The notes beneath the pieces were generated by a model. That model ran no database searches and was not told the origin of the DNA. It was given only the letters and a program-made list of their open reading frames with translations. From an uncultured Verrucomicrobiaceae bacterium (lineage in GTDB: Bacteria > Pseudomonadota > Gammaproteobacteria > Pseudomonadales > CAMLJR01), in contig CAZWBA010000004.1 in NCBI GenBank assembly GCA_964631955.1, positions 11,440 through 75,439 on the forward strand: a DNA stretch of 64,000 nt. The letters are read 5' to 3'. This document shows positions 1-9,539 of this stretch, piece by piece. Both the position numbers and the translations under genes were made by a program. How positions within the stretch are numbered: position 1 is the first letter of the stretch; every line of letters begins with the position of its first letter.

Positions 1-695
1 TTTTGCATCTGCCACGATTGCGCCGCGCCCTGGCTGATGACACCGATCAGGGTTTCGATATCGAGATTGGCATTACGTGCGAAATGAATCGCTTCCGCTA
101 AACCCTGCACGAGTCCCGCGATACAAATCTGATTGGCCATTTTCGCGAGCTGACCAGCGCCGCTTTCGCCGAGATGTTCGACGCAGCGGCCATAACACCG
201 GAGCAGCGGCTCCACGCGCGCGAGTGCGGACTGATCGCCGCCTACCATGATCGTTAGCTGTCCGCGCTGCGCGCCGATCTGGCCGCCCGATATCGGCGCA
301 TCGAGAAAGGCGATCGACTTTTCCGCGAAGCGTGTCGCCAGTTCGCGCGGCAATTGCGCCGAAGTGGTGGTGTGATCGATGACCACACCCTTCGCGCGCA
401 GCGATTGTGCAATGCCGTTCGCACCGAATGTCACCTCGCGCACATCGTCGTCGCGGCCCACGCAGAGCATCACGGCGTCCGCGTTCGCTGCGGCAAGTGC
501 GGGAGTAGCGGCGCGCTCGCCGCCGAATTCGCCAACCCAGGCTTCGGCTTTTTCCGCGCTGCGATTGAATACGGTGACGCGGTGACCTGCACGCTGCAGA
601 TGGCCGGCCATGGCATAACCCATCACGCCGAGACCGATGAAAGCGATGCGCCGGGATGAGGGCAAAGGAGATGAAAATGAGGGAGATGCAGACAT
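1..695 (-). CDS. NAD(P)-dependent beta-hydroxyacid dehydrogenase (3-hydroxyisobutyrate dehydrogenase / GarR-MmsB family), C-terminus cut by window edge
   Basis: Own minus-strand translation from ATG at 695-693: MSASPSFSSPLPSSRRIAFIGLGVMGYAMAGHLQRAGHRVTVFNRS (GxGxxG Rossmann) ... DAPISGGQIGAQRGQLTIMVGG ... GESGAGQLAKMANQICIAG. It runs off the left edge, so it is absent from the ORF track. Confidence 0.85.
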   Translation of the reverse strand, partial: MSASPSFSSPLPSSRRIAFIGLGVMGYAMAGHLQRAGHRVTVFNRSAEKAEAWVGEFGGERAATPALAAANADAVMLCVGRDDDVREVTFGANGIAQSLRAKGVVIDHTTTSAQLPRELATRFAEKSIAFLDAPISGGQIGAQRGQLTIMVGGDQSALARVEPLLRCYGRCVEHLGESGAGQLAKMANQICIAGLVQGLAEAIHFARNANLDIETLIGVISQGAAQSWQMQ

Positions 696-723
696 GAGCC
701 GATCCGGAAAATGCGAGAGCGCA

Positions 724-1032
724 TTATACGTATAGATCGACCCCGACCAGCTCGACACCGAGGCGTTCTTCGATACTCGGGCCATTGCTGCTGTATGCCG
801 TCAGCGCGGTGCGACCGCGGGCGGGCAGATCGTCGAATCGCGGAGCCTGACTTTCCGCGCGCTGGGCGGCGACGCTCGCGCGCGTGCGGATACGCGTGAC
901 TTCGCCGGTCGCCTGCTGTTGCGGCGGTTGCTGGCTGACCTGATCGCGCTGCTGATAACGGCGCTCGTCCAGCTCATCGCGTCGATAGACGGGGGCCGGC
1001 AGCGTCGATACAGAGTTGAAACCGATTTGCAC
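724..1032 (-). CDS. hypothetical Gln/Arg-rich protein (102 aa)
   Basis: Track ORF with a GTG start. Codon position 3 is strongly G/C-biased, like the neighbouring genes. No family recognised and no clear Shine-Dalgarno. Confidence 0.35.
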   Translation of the reverse strand: MQIGFNSVSTLPAPVYRRDELDERRYQQRDQVSQQPPQQQATGEVTRIRTRASVAAQRAESQAPRFDDLPARGRTALTAYSSNGPSIEERLGVELVGVDLYV

Positions 1033-1158
1033 GCTGGAAACCTGATCAGCCGCTAGGGAAAGGTGGCGGAAAGTATAGCACCGGCTTTTCGGCGGGCCTT
1101 ATACGGTCTTTTGCTATCAGCGGCCGATCGATCGCTGCGGCATTCGGCGCAACAGCGA

Positions 1159-1956
1159 TCAGGCACCCGCAGGCAAAAGCAGCAGCAAGGCGGCGCCGAC
1201 GACGATGCGATAAATCGCAAACGGCGTGAACCGATGGGTTTGAATGTAATTGAGCAACCATTTCACCGCGACAAACGCCGTGATTGTCGATACCACGAAG
1301 GCGATACCGAGCGCCTCCCAGTCTTCATCGGCGGCTCCGCCCTCGCGGGCCACATCGAAGAGCAGTTTGCCGCTCGCCGCGAACATGGTCGGAATGCCGA
1401 TGAGGAACGCGAATTCCGTCGCGGCCGCGCGATTATTGGTGCCGAGCAGCAATGCCGCAAAAATCGTTGCCGCCGATCGCGAAGTGCCGGGAAAAACCGC
1501 AGCGACCAGTTGCGCCAGTCCAACCGCAATAGCGACCTTCCAGGTAATTGTCTCGCTCTCGGGTCTGCGCGCGGCAAGCTGCTCGGCCGCGATCATCCAT
1601 ACGCCACCAATAATCAATGCCCAGGCGATCGGCCCCACCTCTTCCGGCAATTCGAAGCCCAGCACGGTGATGATGTAACCGCCCACCGCAGTGATGAAAA
1701 ATGCGACCGCCAGTTTGAACACATAATCGCGATTTTCCGCGTCATGCCAGTTCACCGCGAGACGCCACAATTTCTGCCAGTAGATGACCGTGACAGCGAG
1801 AATGGCTCCCGCCTGAATCACCACATTGAACACATCGGAGCGCATACCGAGCCCGAGCTTCTCGGCGATGAGTAAATGGCCGGTACTCGAAATCGGCAGA
1901 AACTCCGTGATGCCTTCGATCACTCCCAACAACACTACCTGCCACAAATCACTCAT
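1159..1956 (-). CDS. uppP: undecaprenyl-diphosphate phosphatase
   Basis: GITEFLPISSTGHL signature and a polytopic membrane profile. The track ORF starts at a TTG (1968). The ATG at 1956 gives MSDLWQVV..., the usual UppP N-terminus. Confidence 0.93.
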   Translation of the reverse strand: MSDLWQVVLLGVIEGITEFLPISSTGHLLIAEKLGLGMRSDVFNVVIQAGAILAVTVIYWQKLWRLAVNWHDAENRDYVFKLAVAFFITAVGGYIITVLGFELPEEVGPIAWALIIGGVWMIAAEQLAARRPESETITWKVAIAVGLAQLVAAVFPGTSRSAATIFAALLLGTNNRAAATEFAFLIGIPTMFAASGKLLFDVAREGGAADEDWEALGIAFVVSTITAFVAVKWLLNYIQTHRFTPFAIYRIVVGAALLLLLPAGA

Positions 1957-2018
1957 GCTGACATCCAATATTTTTTATCGATATTTTTATCGATAAATGT
2001 CGAAACGAATAACCGCGT

Positions 2019-2732
2019 TCAATGATCGGGGGCCGCCCATCGCGGATCTTTCACCCACGCCACTTCATTGCGTAAATACACCGGCTGCGCCTCGCTCGCG
2101 GACAGGCGCACACCGCGATCCCACTCGACAGCGGCAAGCTTCGCGACCGCGCTCGCCCGCGGTAATAAATGTGCGCAGGTCAGTCCGCGCGGAGAGAGCG
2201 GCAGACGTTCGCCATAACGCCAGCCCGTACCCACGCCATGCCAGATCGTGGTTGCGGAAATATCGATCAGCGGCATTGCTTCCGGTTTACAGACAGATTC
2301 CTGACTGGTCGCGACGACAAGCCCGTCGCTTCCCGCACGAAACCAGCCGCAATAAATTTCATCCATGCGCGCATCGATCGCAGTGCATAAATAATTGTCC
2401 GCATCGATGGCTTGCGAATCGACCGCCGTCTGCGCGATGGCCGCGAGTGTAGACACAGGCAGCACCGGCAAGTTCGCACCGTAGGCAAGCCCCTGCACGA
2501 CGCCGAGACAGATACGCAGACCGGTGAACGAACCGGGGCCGCGCGCGAAGGCAATCGCATCCAGGTCGCGCAGTGTCCACGCATTGTCTGCGAGCACGGC
2601 ATCGATCATCGGCAGGATGCGCTGCACATGCTCGCGCGGCGCGTCGACGATTTGTTCGCGCATATGCGCACCGTCATACAACGCGACGGAACACGCTTCG
2701 GTGGATGTATCGATGGCAAGCAGACGCGGCAT
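2019..2732 (-). CDS. tsaB: tRNA threonylcarbamoyladenosine (t6A) biosynthesis protein TsaB
   Basis: MPRLLAIDTSTEACSVALYDG... is the typical YeaZ/TsaB N-terminus. 237 aa. Confidence 0.9.
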   Translation of the reverse strand: MPRLLAIDTSTEACSVALYDGAHMREQIVDAPREHVQRILPMIDAVLADNAWTLRDLDAIAFARGPGSFTGLRICLGVVQGLAYGANLPVLPVSTLAAIAQTAVDSQAIDADNYLCTAIDARMDEIYCGWFRAGSDGLVVATSQESVCKPEAMPLIDISATTIWHGVGTGWRYGERLPLSPRGLTCAHLLPRASAVAKLAAVEWDRGVRLSASEAQPVYLRNEVAWVKDPRWAAPDH

Positions 2733-2870
2733 GAGCAGTCATAAATGGCGTGGCGAAGCCGCGCATGTTAACGAGGACACCCGCGCGCGGCTACAATTTC
2801 CATACCCGGTTCCACAGTTTCACACTCTTTATTTCAATGCGCACAATTCAGCCACGGTCGAGAATTTCGT

Positions 2871-3470
2871 ATGTCCCTCCCCAGCCCTGAGCCTCATCGC
2901 GATGTCACCGCCGTCATTCTTGCGGGCGGTGCCAGCTCGCGCATGGGCAGCGACAAGGCATTGCTGGAATGGCGCGGCAAACCGTTCGCGGCTCACATCA
3001 TCGAGAGCCTGCAGGCACAGCTTGAACACATCGCCATCAATACGAATGCAACTGCCGGGTTTTCGCATTTCGGTCTGCCATTGATTGCCGATGCAACCGT
3101 GGAGCGGTACGGTCCACTGGCGGGAATTCTCGCCGCGCTGAATTACAGCGCGACCGGCTGGACGCTGATCGTCCCGTGCGACAACCCACGGGTATCGCCG
3201 CAACTGGTCGATCGTTTGTGCGTAGCCGCTGCGCGAGAGGCCTGCGAACTCGCCTATGCGTGCAGCGGTCATGACAATCATTATCTGTATGCGCTGATGC
3301 GCACGCAGCTGCGCGATAACCTCGCCGTCTTCATGCGCGGTAACGATTTTGCGGTACGGCATTGGTTCGCAACGCTCTCTGCGACACGTGTCGATTTCAG
3401 TGATCAGGCCGAATGCTTTCGTAACTTCAATCGCGCTCACGATTTAACGCAATTGCCTCCCGACGCTTAA
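2871..3470 (+). CDS. mobA: molybdenum cofactor guanylyltransferase
   Basis: VTAVILAGGASSRMGSDKALLEWRGKPF... is the MobA nucleotide-binding motif. 199 aa. Confidence 0.9.
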   Translation: MSLPSPEPHRDVTAVILAGGASSRMGSDKALLEWRGKPFAAHIIESLQAQLEHIAINTNATAGFSHFGLPLIADATVERYGPLAGILAALNYSATGWTLIVPCDNPRVSPQLVDRLCVAAAREACELAYACSGHDNHYLYALMRTQLRDNLAVFMRGNDFAVRHWFATLSATRVDFSDQAECFRNFNRAHDLTQLPPDA

Positions 3471-3489
3471 TCTGTGATTCGCGGACAAT

Positions 3490-3524
3490 AAAAAAACCCG
3501 CCGGGCGAACCACGGCGGGTTTTT
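3490..3524. terminator. bidirectional rho-independent terminator between mobA and the histone-like gene
   Basis: A7-CCCGCCG-(9 nt loop)-CGGCGGG-T5: a perfect 7-bp GC stem with an A-run on one side and a T-run on the other, lying between convergent genes. Confidence 0.85.
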
Positions 3525-3543
3525 CAGCGCACATCAGATACGT

Positions 3544-4131
3544 TTATTTCTTTTTGGGACGACCGACGCGACGCTTGGCACCTGCTTTCGCCGGCGCTGC
3601 CTTCCTAGCCGCTGGCTTACGCGGGCGACCCGCGCGCTTCACTGCGGATTTTTTCGCGACTGATTTTTTAGCGGCGGTCTTTTTCGCAGCGGGTCTCTTC
3701 GCTGCTGTCTTGCGCGCCGGCGCCTTTTTGGCTGCCGCTTTTTTTGGCGCCGATTTGCGAGCGGCTTTAGCGGCTGCTCTCGCCTGCTTCGAGGCGAGTT
3801 TTTTCGCCTTCGCAGCATCCCGGCGTGCGGTCAGCTTGGCTTTTGCGGCTGCGCGCTTCTCGGCCTTTTTCTGTTTGGCCGCTTCTTTACGGGCGGCTGC
3901 CTTGCGTTTCGCTTCTTCCTTCTTCTCTGCCGCTTTCAATTTCCTGGCATCGGCGGCATCGCGCTTTTTGGACCACTTGGCTTTGAATGCAGCGACTGCT
4001 GCGGCCAGATCCTTCTTGGATTTTCTCGCCAGTGTTTTTTCGAGCGCTGCGGGTGTGGATGCCGCTGCGGTTTTGCGTTTTGCAACGCGCTTCTTGGCTG
4101 CTGCACGACTTTTCAGTTTTGGTCTTGCCAT
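3544..4131 (-). CDS. Lys/Ala-rich histone H1-like / AlgP-like DNA-binding protein with C-terminal AT-hook-like GRP motifs
   Basis: 195 aa, dominated by A and K (AAKK/KAAA repeats). The C-terminus has KRAGRPRKPA and RRVGRPKKK. The opposite-strand ORF 3554..4177 is its low-complexity mirror. Confidence 0.8.
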   Translation of the reverse strand: MARPKLKSRAAAKKRVAKRKTAAASTPAALEKTLARKSKKDLAAAVAAFKAKWSKKRDAADARKLKAAEKKEEAKRKAAARKEAAKQKKAEKRAAAKAKLTARRDAAKAKKLASKQARAAAKAARKSAPKKAAAKKAPARKTAAKRPAAKKTAAKKSVAKKSAVKRAGRPRKPAARKAAPAKAGAKRRVGRPKKK

Positions 4132-4274
4132 TTTTGTGTCTCCTCAACAAAGACTATTTTTTAATACGACGCTCTGACAGTAGCACAAAAAATAAACTAC
4201 GCAAAAAAAAGTATATGAATTCGATAATTTTTTTGCTCAAAAATGCAAAAAAATTAAATCTCGAGACAAAAAAA

Positions 4275-5258
4275 CTATTGCGGCAGGTTGTCGGCGACGA
4301 GCTGCACCAATAATTCGATGTGCGCGGCACTCGCGTTCAGGCACGGAATGTAACGAAACTCGCCGCCACCCGCGCGCTGAAAAATTTCCCGGTTTTCGAT
4401 TGCGATCTCTTCGAGCGTTTCCAAACAATCCGTTGCGAATGCGGGACAGATAACGTCCACGCTTGCCGTTTTCACTTCGCCCAATGCCTGCATGACCGCA
4501 CTCGTGTATGGCTGCAGCCACTCCGCACGTCCGAGTCGCGACTGAAATGACAGCGACCATTCTTCCGCACGCAAACCGAGCGCCTGCGCGAGCGATTTCG
4601 CCGTGGCTTCGCACTGCGCGCGATACGGATCACCGAGATCGACATTGCGGCGCGGAATGCCGTGAAACGACATCAGCAAATGTTGCGCGCGACCGTGTGC
4701 TTCCCAGTGCGCACGTACCGATTGCGCAAGCGCGGCGATATACAGCGGGTGATCGAAGTATTGTTTCAATACACTGATCGACGGGATATTGCGCCGCGTT
4801 TGAAACAATGCTGCAACGCGATCGTAAACTGCACCCGTAGTGGTGGCGGAAAACTGCGGGTACAGCGGCAATACCAGAATATGCTCGATACCCTGCGCGC
4901 ACAGTTCATCGACAATATTCGTCAGCGATGGCTCGCCATACGTCATCGCGAGTCGAAATTGAATCTCGCGATCATTGCGCCCGCGCCAGTGATTTGTGAT
5001 CGCATCGAGCTGCCGTGCGCTGATCGCGCGCAGTGGCGAATCGCCGTGCTCGCGCCAGAGTAACTGATAGGCCGCGGCGGTACGGCGGGGTCGAAAAGGC
5101 AGAATGATGCCGTACAAAACCGGCAACCAGATCAGACGGGGAATTTCCACCACACGTTTATCGCTGAGAAATTCGCGCAGATAACGCCGGATCGCAGAAA
5201 CTGTCGGCGCACTCGGCGTACCGAGATTCATCAGGATGACGGCGGATTTGTGCGGCAT
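4275..5258 (-). CDS. hemH: ferrochelatase
   Basis: MPHKSAVILMNLGTPSAPT..IRRYLREFLSDKRVVEIPR is the canonical HemH N-terminus. 327 aa. Confidence 0.95.
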   Translation of the reverse strand: MPHKSAVILMNLGTPSAPTVSAIRRYLREFLSDKRVVEIPRLIWLPVLYGIILPFRPRRTAAAYQLLWREHGDSPLRAISARQLDAITNHWRGRNDREIQFRLAMTYGEPSLTNIVDELCAQGIEHILVLPLYPQFSATTTGAVYDRVAALFQTRRNIPSISVLKQYFDHPLYIAALAQSVRAHWEAHGRAQHLLMSFHGIPRRNVDLGDPYRAQCEATAKSLAQALGLRAEEWSLSFQSRLGRAEWLQPYTSAVMQALGEVKTASVDVICPAFATDCLETLEEIAIENREIFQRAGGGEFRYIPCLNASAAHIELLVQLVADNLPQ

Positions 5259-5373
5259 ATATTTTCCGGACGAATTATTCGGGTGGCGCCATGATACGCA
5301 ATTACGGCCAGAATATTTTAGCGGAACGGATCGGCCGCGCTATCGGATAGAGCGGCACACAAAAAATCCGGGT

Positions 5374-5400
5374 AAAAAAAAGCCCCGCATCAACGGGGCC
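5374..5400 (-). terminator. rho-independent terminator of adk
   Basis: On the minus strand, GGCCCCG-ttgatg-CGGGGC is followed by T8, about 20 nt after the adk stop codon. Confidence 0.85.
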
Positions 5401-5419
5401 TTTCAGGAGATGGCGAAGC

Positions 5420-6211
<792 letters not shown>

Positions 6212-6303
6212 TTACACACCCGGCCTTTGAGTGTCCAGCCCATAGCCATCGGCCGGCGCGACAATCGATGCGTTGTGCGCCGGATTATTTATGCGCACTC
6301 CGG

Positions 6304-7140
6304 TTATTCACGCGCACTCTGGTCGCGCGCATTCCGGCGCTTGGCTTCGACCCACAACGCCTCCATTTCAGCGAGACTGGCCTGCTCCACACCGCGACCC
6401 TGCGCCGCGAGTGCGCGCTCGATATAGCCGAAACGCTGCTCGAATTTACGATTGCTGGCGCGCAGCGCGGATTCGGGATCGACTTTCAGAAAGCGCGCGA
6501 GGTTCACGCACGCAAATAACAGATCGCCCATCTCTTCGGCGATGTGATCGGCATTGTCCTCGGCGATCGCTTCCTGCAATTCATTTTTTTCCTCGTCGAG
6601 TTTGCCGAGCACATCGCGCCAGTCGCTCCAGTCGAAACCGACACGCGCCGCGCGCTTCTGCAATTTCATCGCGCGCGATAATGCCGGCAGCGCGACGGGC
6701 ACATCATCGAGGATGCCGGTCTGATTTTTATCGGCGCGCTCCGCCTGTTTGATGCGCTCCCAATTCACGCCGACCTGCTCGACCGCAATTCTTTCGGACG
6801 CAGGTGAGGCTCGCACCTCGTCATCGAGCGCGCCGCCGGGAAAGACATGCGGATGCCGGCGCAACAGTTTTTCGACGATATTGTGCACGATATCGGCAAA
6901 ATCGAATCGGCCCTGCTCACGACCGAGCTGTGCGTAGAAAATTACCTGAAACAACACATCGCCGAGTTCATCGCGAATCTGAGGATAATCGCCGCGCTCG
7001 ATGGCATCGACCAGCTCATAACATTCTTCGAGCGTATGCGGAGCGATACTCGCAAAATCCTGCTGCAGATCCCATGGACAACCGCGCTCGGGATCGCGCA
7101 GGCGTGTCATCACTTCGAGCAGATCGCTGATGGTGTGCAT
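6304..7140 (-). CDS. mazG: nucleoside triphosphate pyrophosphohydrolase MazG
   Basis: MHTISDLLEVMTRLRDPERGCPWDLQQDFASIAPHTLEECYELVDAIE..., with tandem MazG domains. The ATG at 7140 shares its A with the relA TGA (TGATG), indicating translational coupling. Confidence 0.93.
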   Translation of the reverse strand: MHTISDLLEVMTRLRDPERGCPWDLQQDFASIAPHTLEECYELVDAIERGDYPQIRDELGDVLFQVIFYAQLGREQGRFDFADIVHNIVEKLLRRHPHVFPGGALDDEVRASPASERIAVEQVGVNWERIKQAERADKNQTGILDDVPVALPALSRAMKLQKRAARVGFDWSDWRDVLGKLDEEKNELQEAIAEDNADHIAEEMGDLLFACVNLARFLKVDPESALRASNRKFEQRFGYIERALAAQGRGVEQASLAEMEALWVEAKRRNARDQSARE

Positions 7141-9377
7141 CACACGCTCCCCTCGCTCACTCTCGTAGCGGAAATAATATTGCGCAATGTATTCAGTTTT
7201 GCGAGCAGCGCCGACAGCATTTCGATACCCGTAATCTCGATGGTGAAACGCATCGTCGCCGTATTGCTGGCGACATCCGATTGCGTATTCATCGACAGCA
7301 CATTGATGCGCTCCGCGGCGAGCAATTGCGTGATATCGCGCAACAAACCCTGACGATCGTGCGCGAGCACAGCGATATCGACGGGGTAGGTTGTCAGCTC
7401 GTCGCCCCACGACACTTCGATGATGCGTTCGGGTTCGGCATATTGCAGCTGCAGGATCTTGCTGCAGTCCTGCCGATGCACGCTTACCCCGCGACCGACC
7501 GTGATGTAACCGAGAATGGCATCGCCTGGCACCGGCTTGCAGCAACCCGCCATATGCGTCAGCAAATTGCCGACACCGCGAATCTGAATCTGGCTTTTCG
7601 TATCGCTCGGCGCGCGGCGGCGCAACTTCAATTCCGAGGCGACGCGATCTTCGCTGCGCAACAGCGATTGCGCGGCGCTCAATACCTGCGTTGCGCTGAT
7701 GTTGCCGACGCCGACCGCAGCGTACATTTCATCGACCGTCGTAAAACGCACGCGCTCGGCAACGGCCTTGTAATCCAGACTCGTCAGCGCGAGGCGCTTG
7801 AATTCCTTCTCGATCAGATTGCGACCTGCGGTGATATTGTCCTCGCGCGCCTGCTGACGAAACCATGCCTGCACTTTGGTACGGGTCCGCGCACTTTTGA
7901 TGTAACCGAGATTCGGCTGCAACCAGTCGCGGCGCGGTGCGTTTTCCTTGCCGGTGAGAATCTCGACCTGCTCGCCCGTCTGCAGCGTGTAGGTGAGCGG
8001 CACGATGCGGCCATTCACTTTCGCACCGCGGCAGCGATGCCCCACTTCGGTGTGAATGTGATACGCAAAATCGATTGGCGTCGAACCGTAGGCGAGATTG
8101 ACGACATGACCATCGGGCGTGAACACGTATACGCGATCCTGGTCGGGTGTGAACTGTTCGCTCAGATCGACCGCGCTGCCGCCGGTTTCCTCGTGCCATT
8201 CGAGCACCTGACGCAACCACGCAATTTTATCTTCGTAGCTGCCGACTTTTTTGCGCTCGCTGTCCGCGCCTTTGTAACGCCAGTGCGCGCAGACGCCGAG
8301 CTCGGCTTCCTCGTGCATTTCGAAGGTGCGGATCTGCACCTCCAGCACCTTGCCCTGCGGGCCGATGACGGCGGTGTGCAGCGAGCGATAACCGTTGTCT
8401 TTCGGGTTCGCGATGTAATCGTCGAATTCATTCGGCACATTGCGCCACAAACCATGCACCAGACCGAGTGCCGCATAGCAATCCCTGATTTCCGGCACGA
8501 GTACGCGCACCGCGCGAATATCGTAGACCTGCGAAAAGCCGATCCCTTTACGCTGCATTTTTCGCCAGATCGAATAAATATGTTTCGCGCGGCCGGAAAA
8601 TTCGCCATGAATACCCGAGCGCTCCATCGCCGCGCGTAATTCGGCAATCACATCCTCGATATAGTGCTGGCGGTCGAGCCGTTTCTCATCGAGCAATTTC
8701 GCGATTTTTTTATACGAGTCGGGCTGCAGGTAACGGAACGATAAATCCTCGAGCTCCCACTTGATGTGACCGATGCCGAGACGATGCGCGAGCGGCGCGT
8801 AAATATCCGCAATTTCGCGGGCGATGCGTTCGCGGCGCGTCGATTCGTCCCTGACCGAACGAATGGCGCAGGTACGTTCGGCGAGTTTGATGAGCGCAAC
8901 GCGTACATCGTCGACGAGCGCGACGAGCATTTTGCGTACGGTGTCGCTCTGCTCCTCCACCTGACCGAGCACGGGGCCGCGCTCGTTCATCCTGACGCGG
9001 CTGATCGCGGCCATGCGCAGGACACCGTCGATCAATTTCGCGATGGGTTCGCCAAACTGATCCGCGATGAGCGCATTGGGGATTTTTTCCTCGCGCACGG
9101 CGCGATAGAGAATTGCGGCGACGAGGCCATCCTGATCGACGTGCAGGTCGGCGAGAATTTCCGCCATTTCCAGGCCCGTGCGCAGACATGACGTCCCCTC
9201 GCCCCACGATAATTCGGGCGTCGACTGCATGCGCTCGTCAGCGGCGCGCGCAACACCGCACGCGCGCAGCAATGCCCCGCGACTAACCGTATCGGGCACG
9301 GATAAGCGCTGCACCCAGCGTTCGAGATCGACACTGCCGTCAGCTTTCTCCGGGTGTTCTTCGCGAACCTTTACCAT
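7140..9377 (-). CDS. relA: GTP pyrophosphokinase (ppGpp synthetase I)
   Basis: 745 aa with RelA/SpoT synthetase, TGS and ACT regions (…RAKHIYSIWRKMQRK…, …HRCRGAKVNGRIVPL…). relA-mazG order is the same as in E. coli. Confidence 0.95.
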   Translation of the reverse strand: MVKVREEHPEKADGSVDLERWVQRLSVPDTVSRGALLRACGVARAADERMQSTPELSWGEGTSCLRTGLEMAEILADLHVDQDGLVAAILYRAVREEKIPNALIADQFGEPIAKLIDGVLRMAAISRVRMNERGPVLGQVEEQSDTVRKMLVALVDDVRVALIKLAERTCAIRSVRDESTRRERIAREIADIYAPLAHRLGIGHIKWELEDLSFRYLQPDSYKKIAKLLDEKRLDRQHYIEDVIAELRAAMERSGIHGEFSGRAKHIYSIWRKMQRKGIGFSQVYDIRAVRVLVPEIRDCYAALGLVHGLWRNVPNEFDDYIANPKDNGYRSLHTAVIGPQGKVLEVQIRTFEMHEEAELGVCAHWRYKGADSERKKVGSYEDKIAWLRQVLEWHEETGGSAVDLSEQFTPDQDRVYVFTPDGHVVNLAYGSTPIDFAYHIHTEVGHRCRGAKVNGRIVPLTYTLQTGEQVEILTGKENAPRRDWLQPNLGYIKSARTRTKVQAWFRQQAREDNITAGRNLIEKEFKRLALTSLDYKAVAERVRFTTVDEMYAAVGVGNISATQVLSAAQSLLRSEDRVASELKLRRRAPSDTKSQIQIRGVGNLLTHMAGCCKPVPGDAILGYITVGRGVSVHRQDCSKILQLQYAEPERIIEVSWGDELTTYPVDIAVLAHDRQGLLRDITQLLAAERINVLSMNTQSDVASNTATMRFTIEITGIEMLSALLAKLNTLRNIISATRVSEGSV

Positions 9378-9425
9378 ATTATTTTTTCCGAAAATCTTGC
9401 GTGTGCAAATTTACTGCACAAATTT

Positions 9426-9532
9426 GGCTCCCCCTATGCAATAGGGGGAGTGCCCGAAGGGCGAGGGGGTTATATTTAAAAACAACCCCTCCGTCGCTTA
9501 CGCGACACCTCCCCTACTTTGTAGGGGAGGCC
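9426..9532. repeat. composite three-hairpin intergenic repeat, copy 1 (between cysM stop and relA start)
   Basis: CTCCCCCTAtgcaTAGGGGGAG, GAGGGGT-(AT-rich loop)-ACCCCTC and CCTCCCCTACtttgTAGGGGAGG hairpins. Collinear with 56902..57030, and the ends are imperfect inverted repeats (GGCTCCCCCTA / TAGGGGAGGCC). Confidence 0.8.
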
Positions 9533-9539
9533 AAAAAAA

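Noticed and set aside
3544-4131. Apparent DNA-level repetitiveness of the histone-like gene, as a possible tandem repeat or CRISPR-like array.
   Set aside because: The periodicity is irregular and comes from repeated GCN/AAR (Ala/Lys) codons within one continuous ORF. There is no repeat-spacer architecture.
7281-8639. A very long antisense ORF (452 aa) opposite relA. Similar ones occur at 45582..46880 (432 aa, opposite fabV), 36638..37708 and 38048..38995 (opposite uvrB), 18140..19120 (opposite lepA), and 59748..60560 and 60655..61425 (opposite gspK/gspJ).
   Set aside because: Each lies fully inside a confidently identified gene on the other strand. Their translations are Arg/Ala/His-rich with no recognisable motifs. 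Long stop-free antisense frames are expected in GC-rich DNA.
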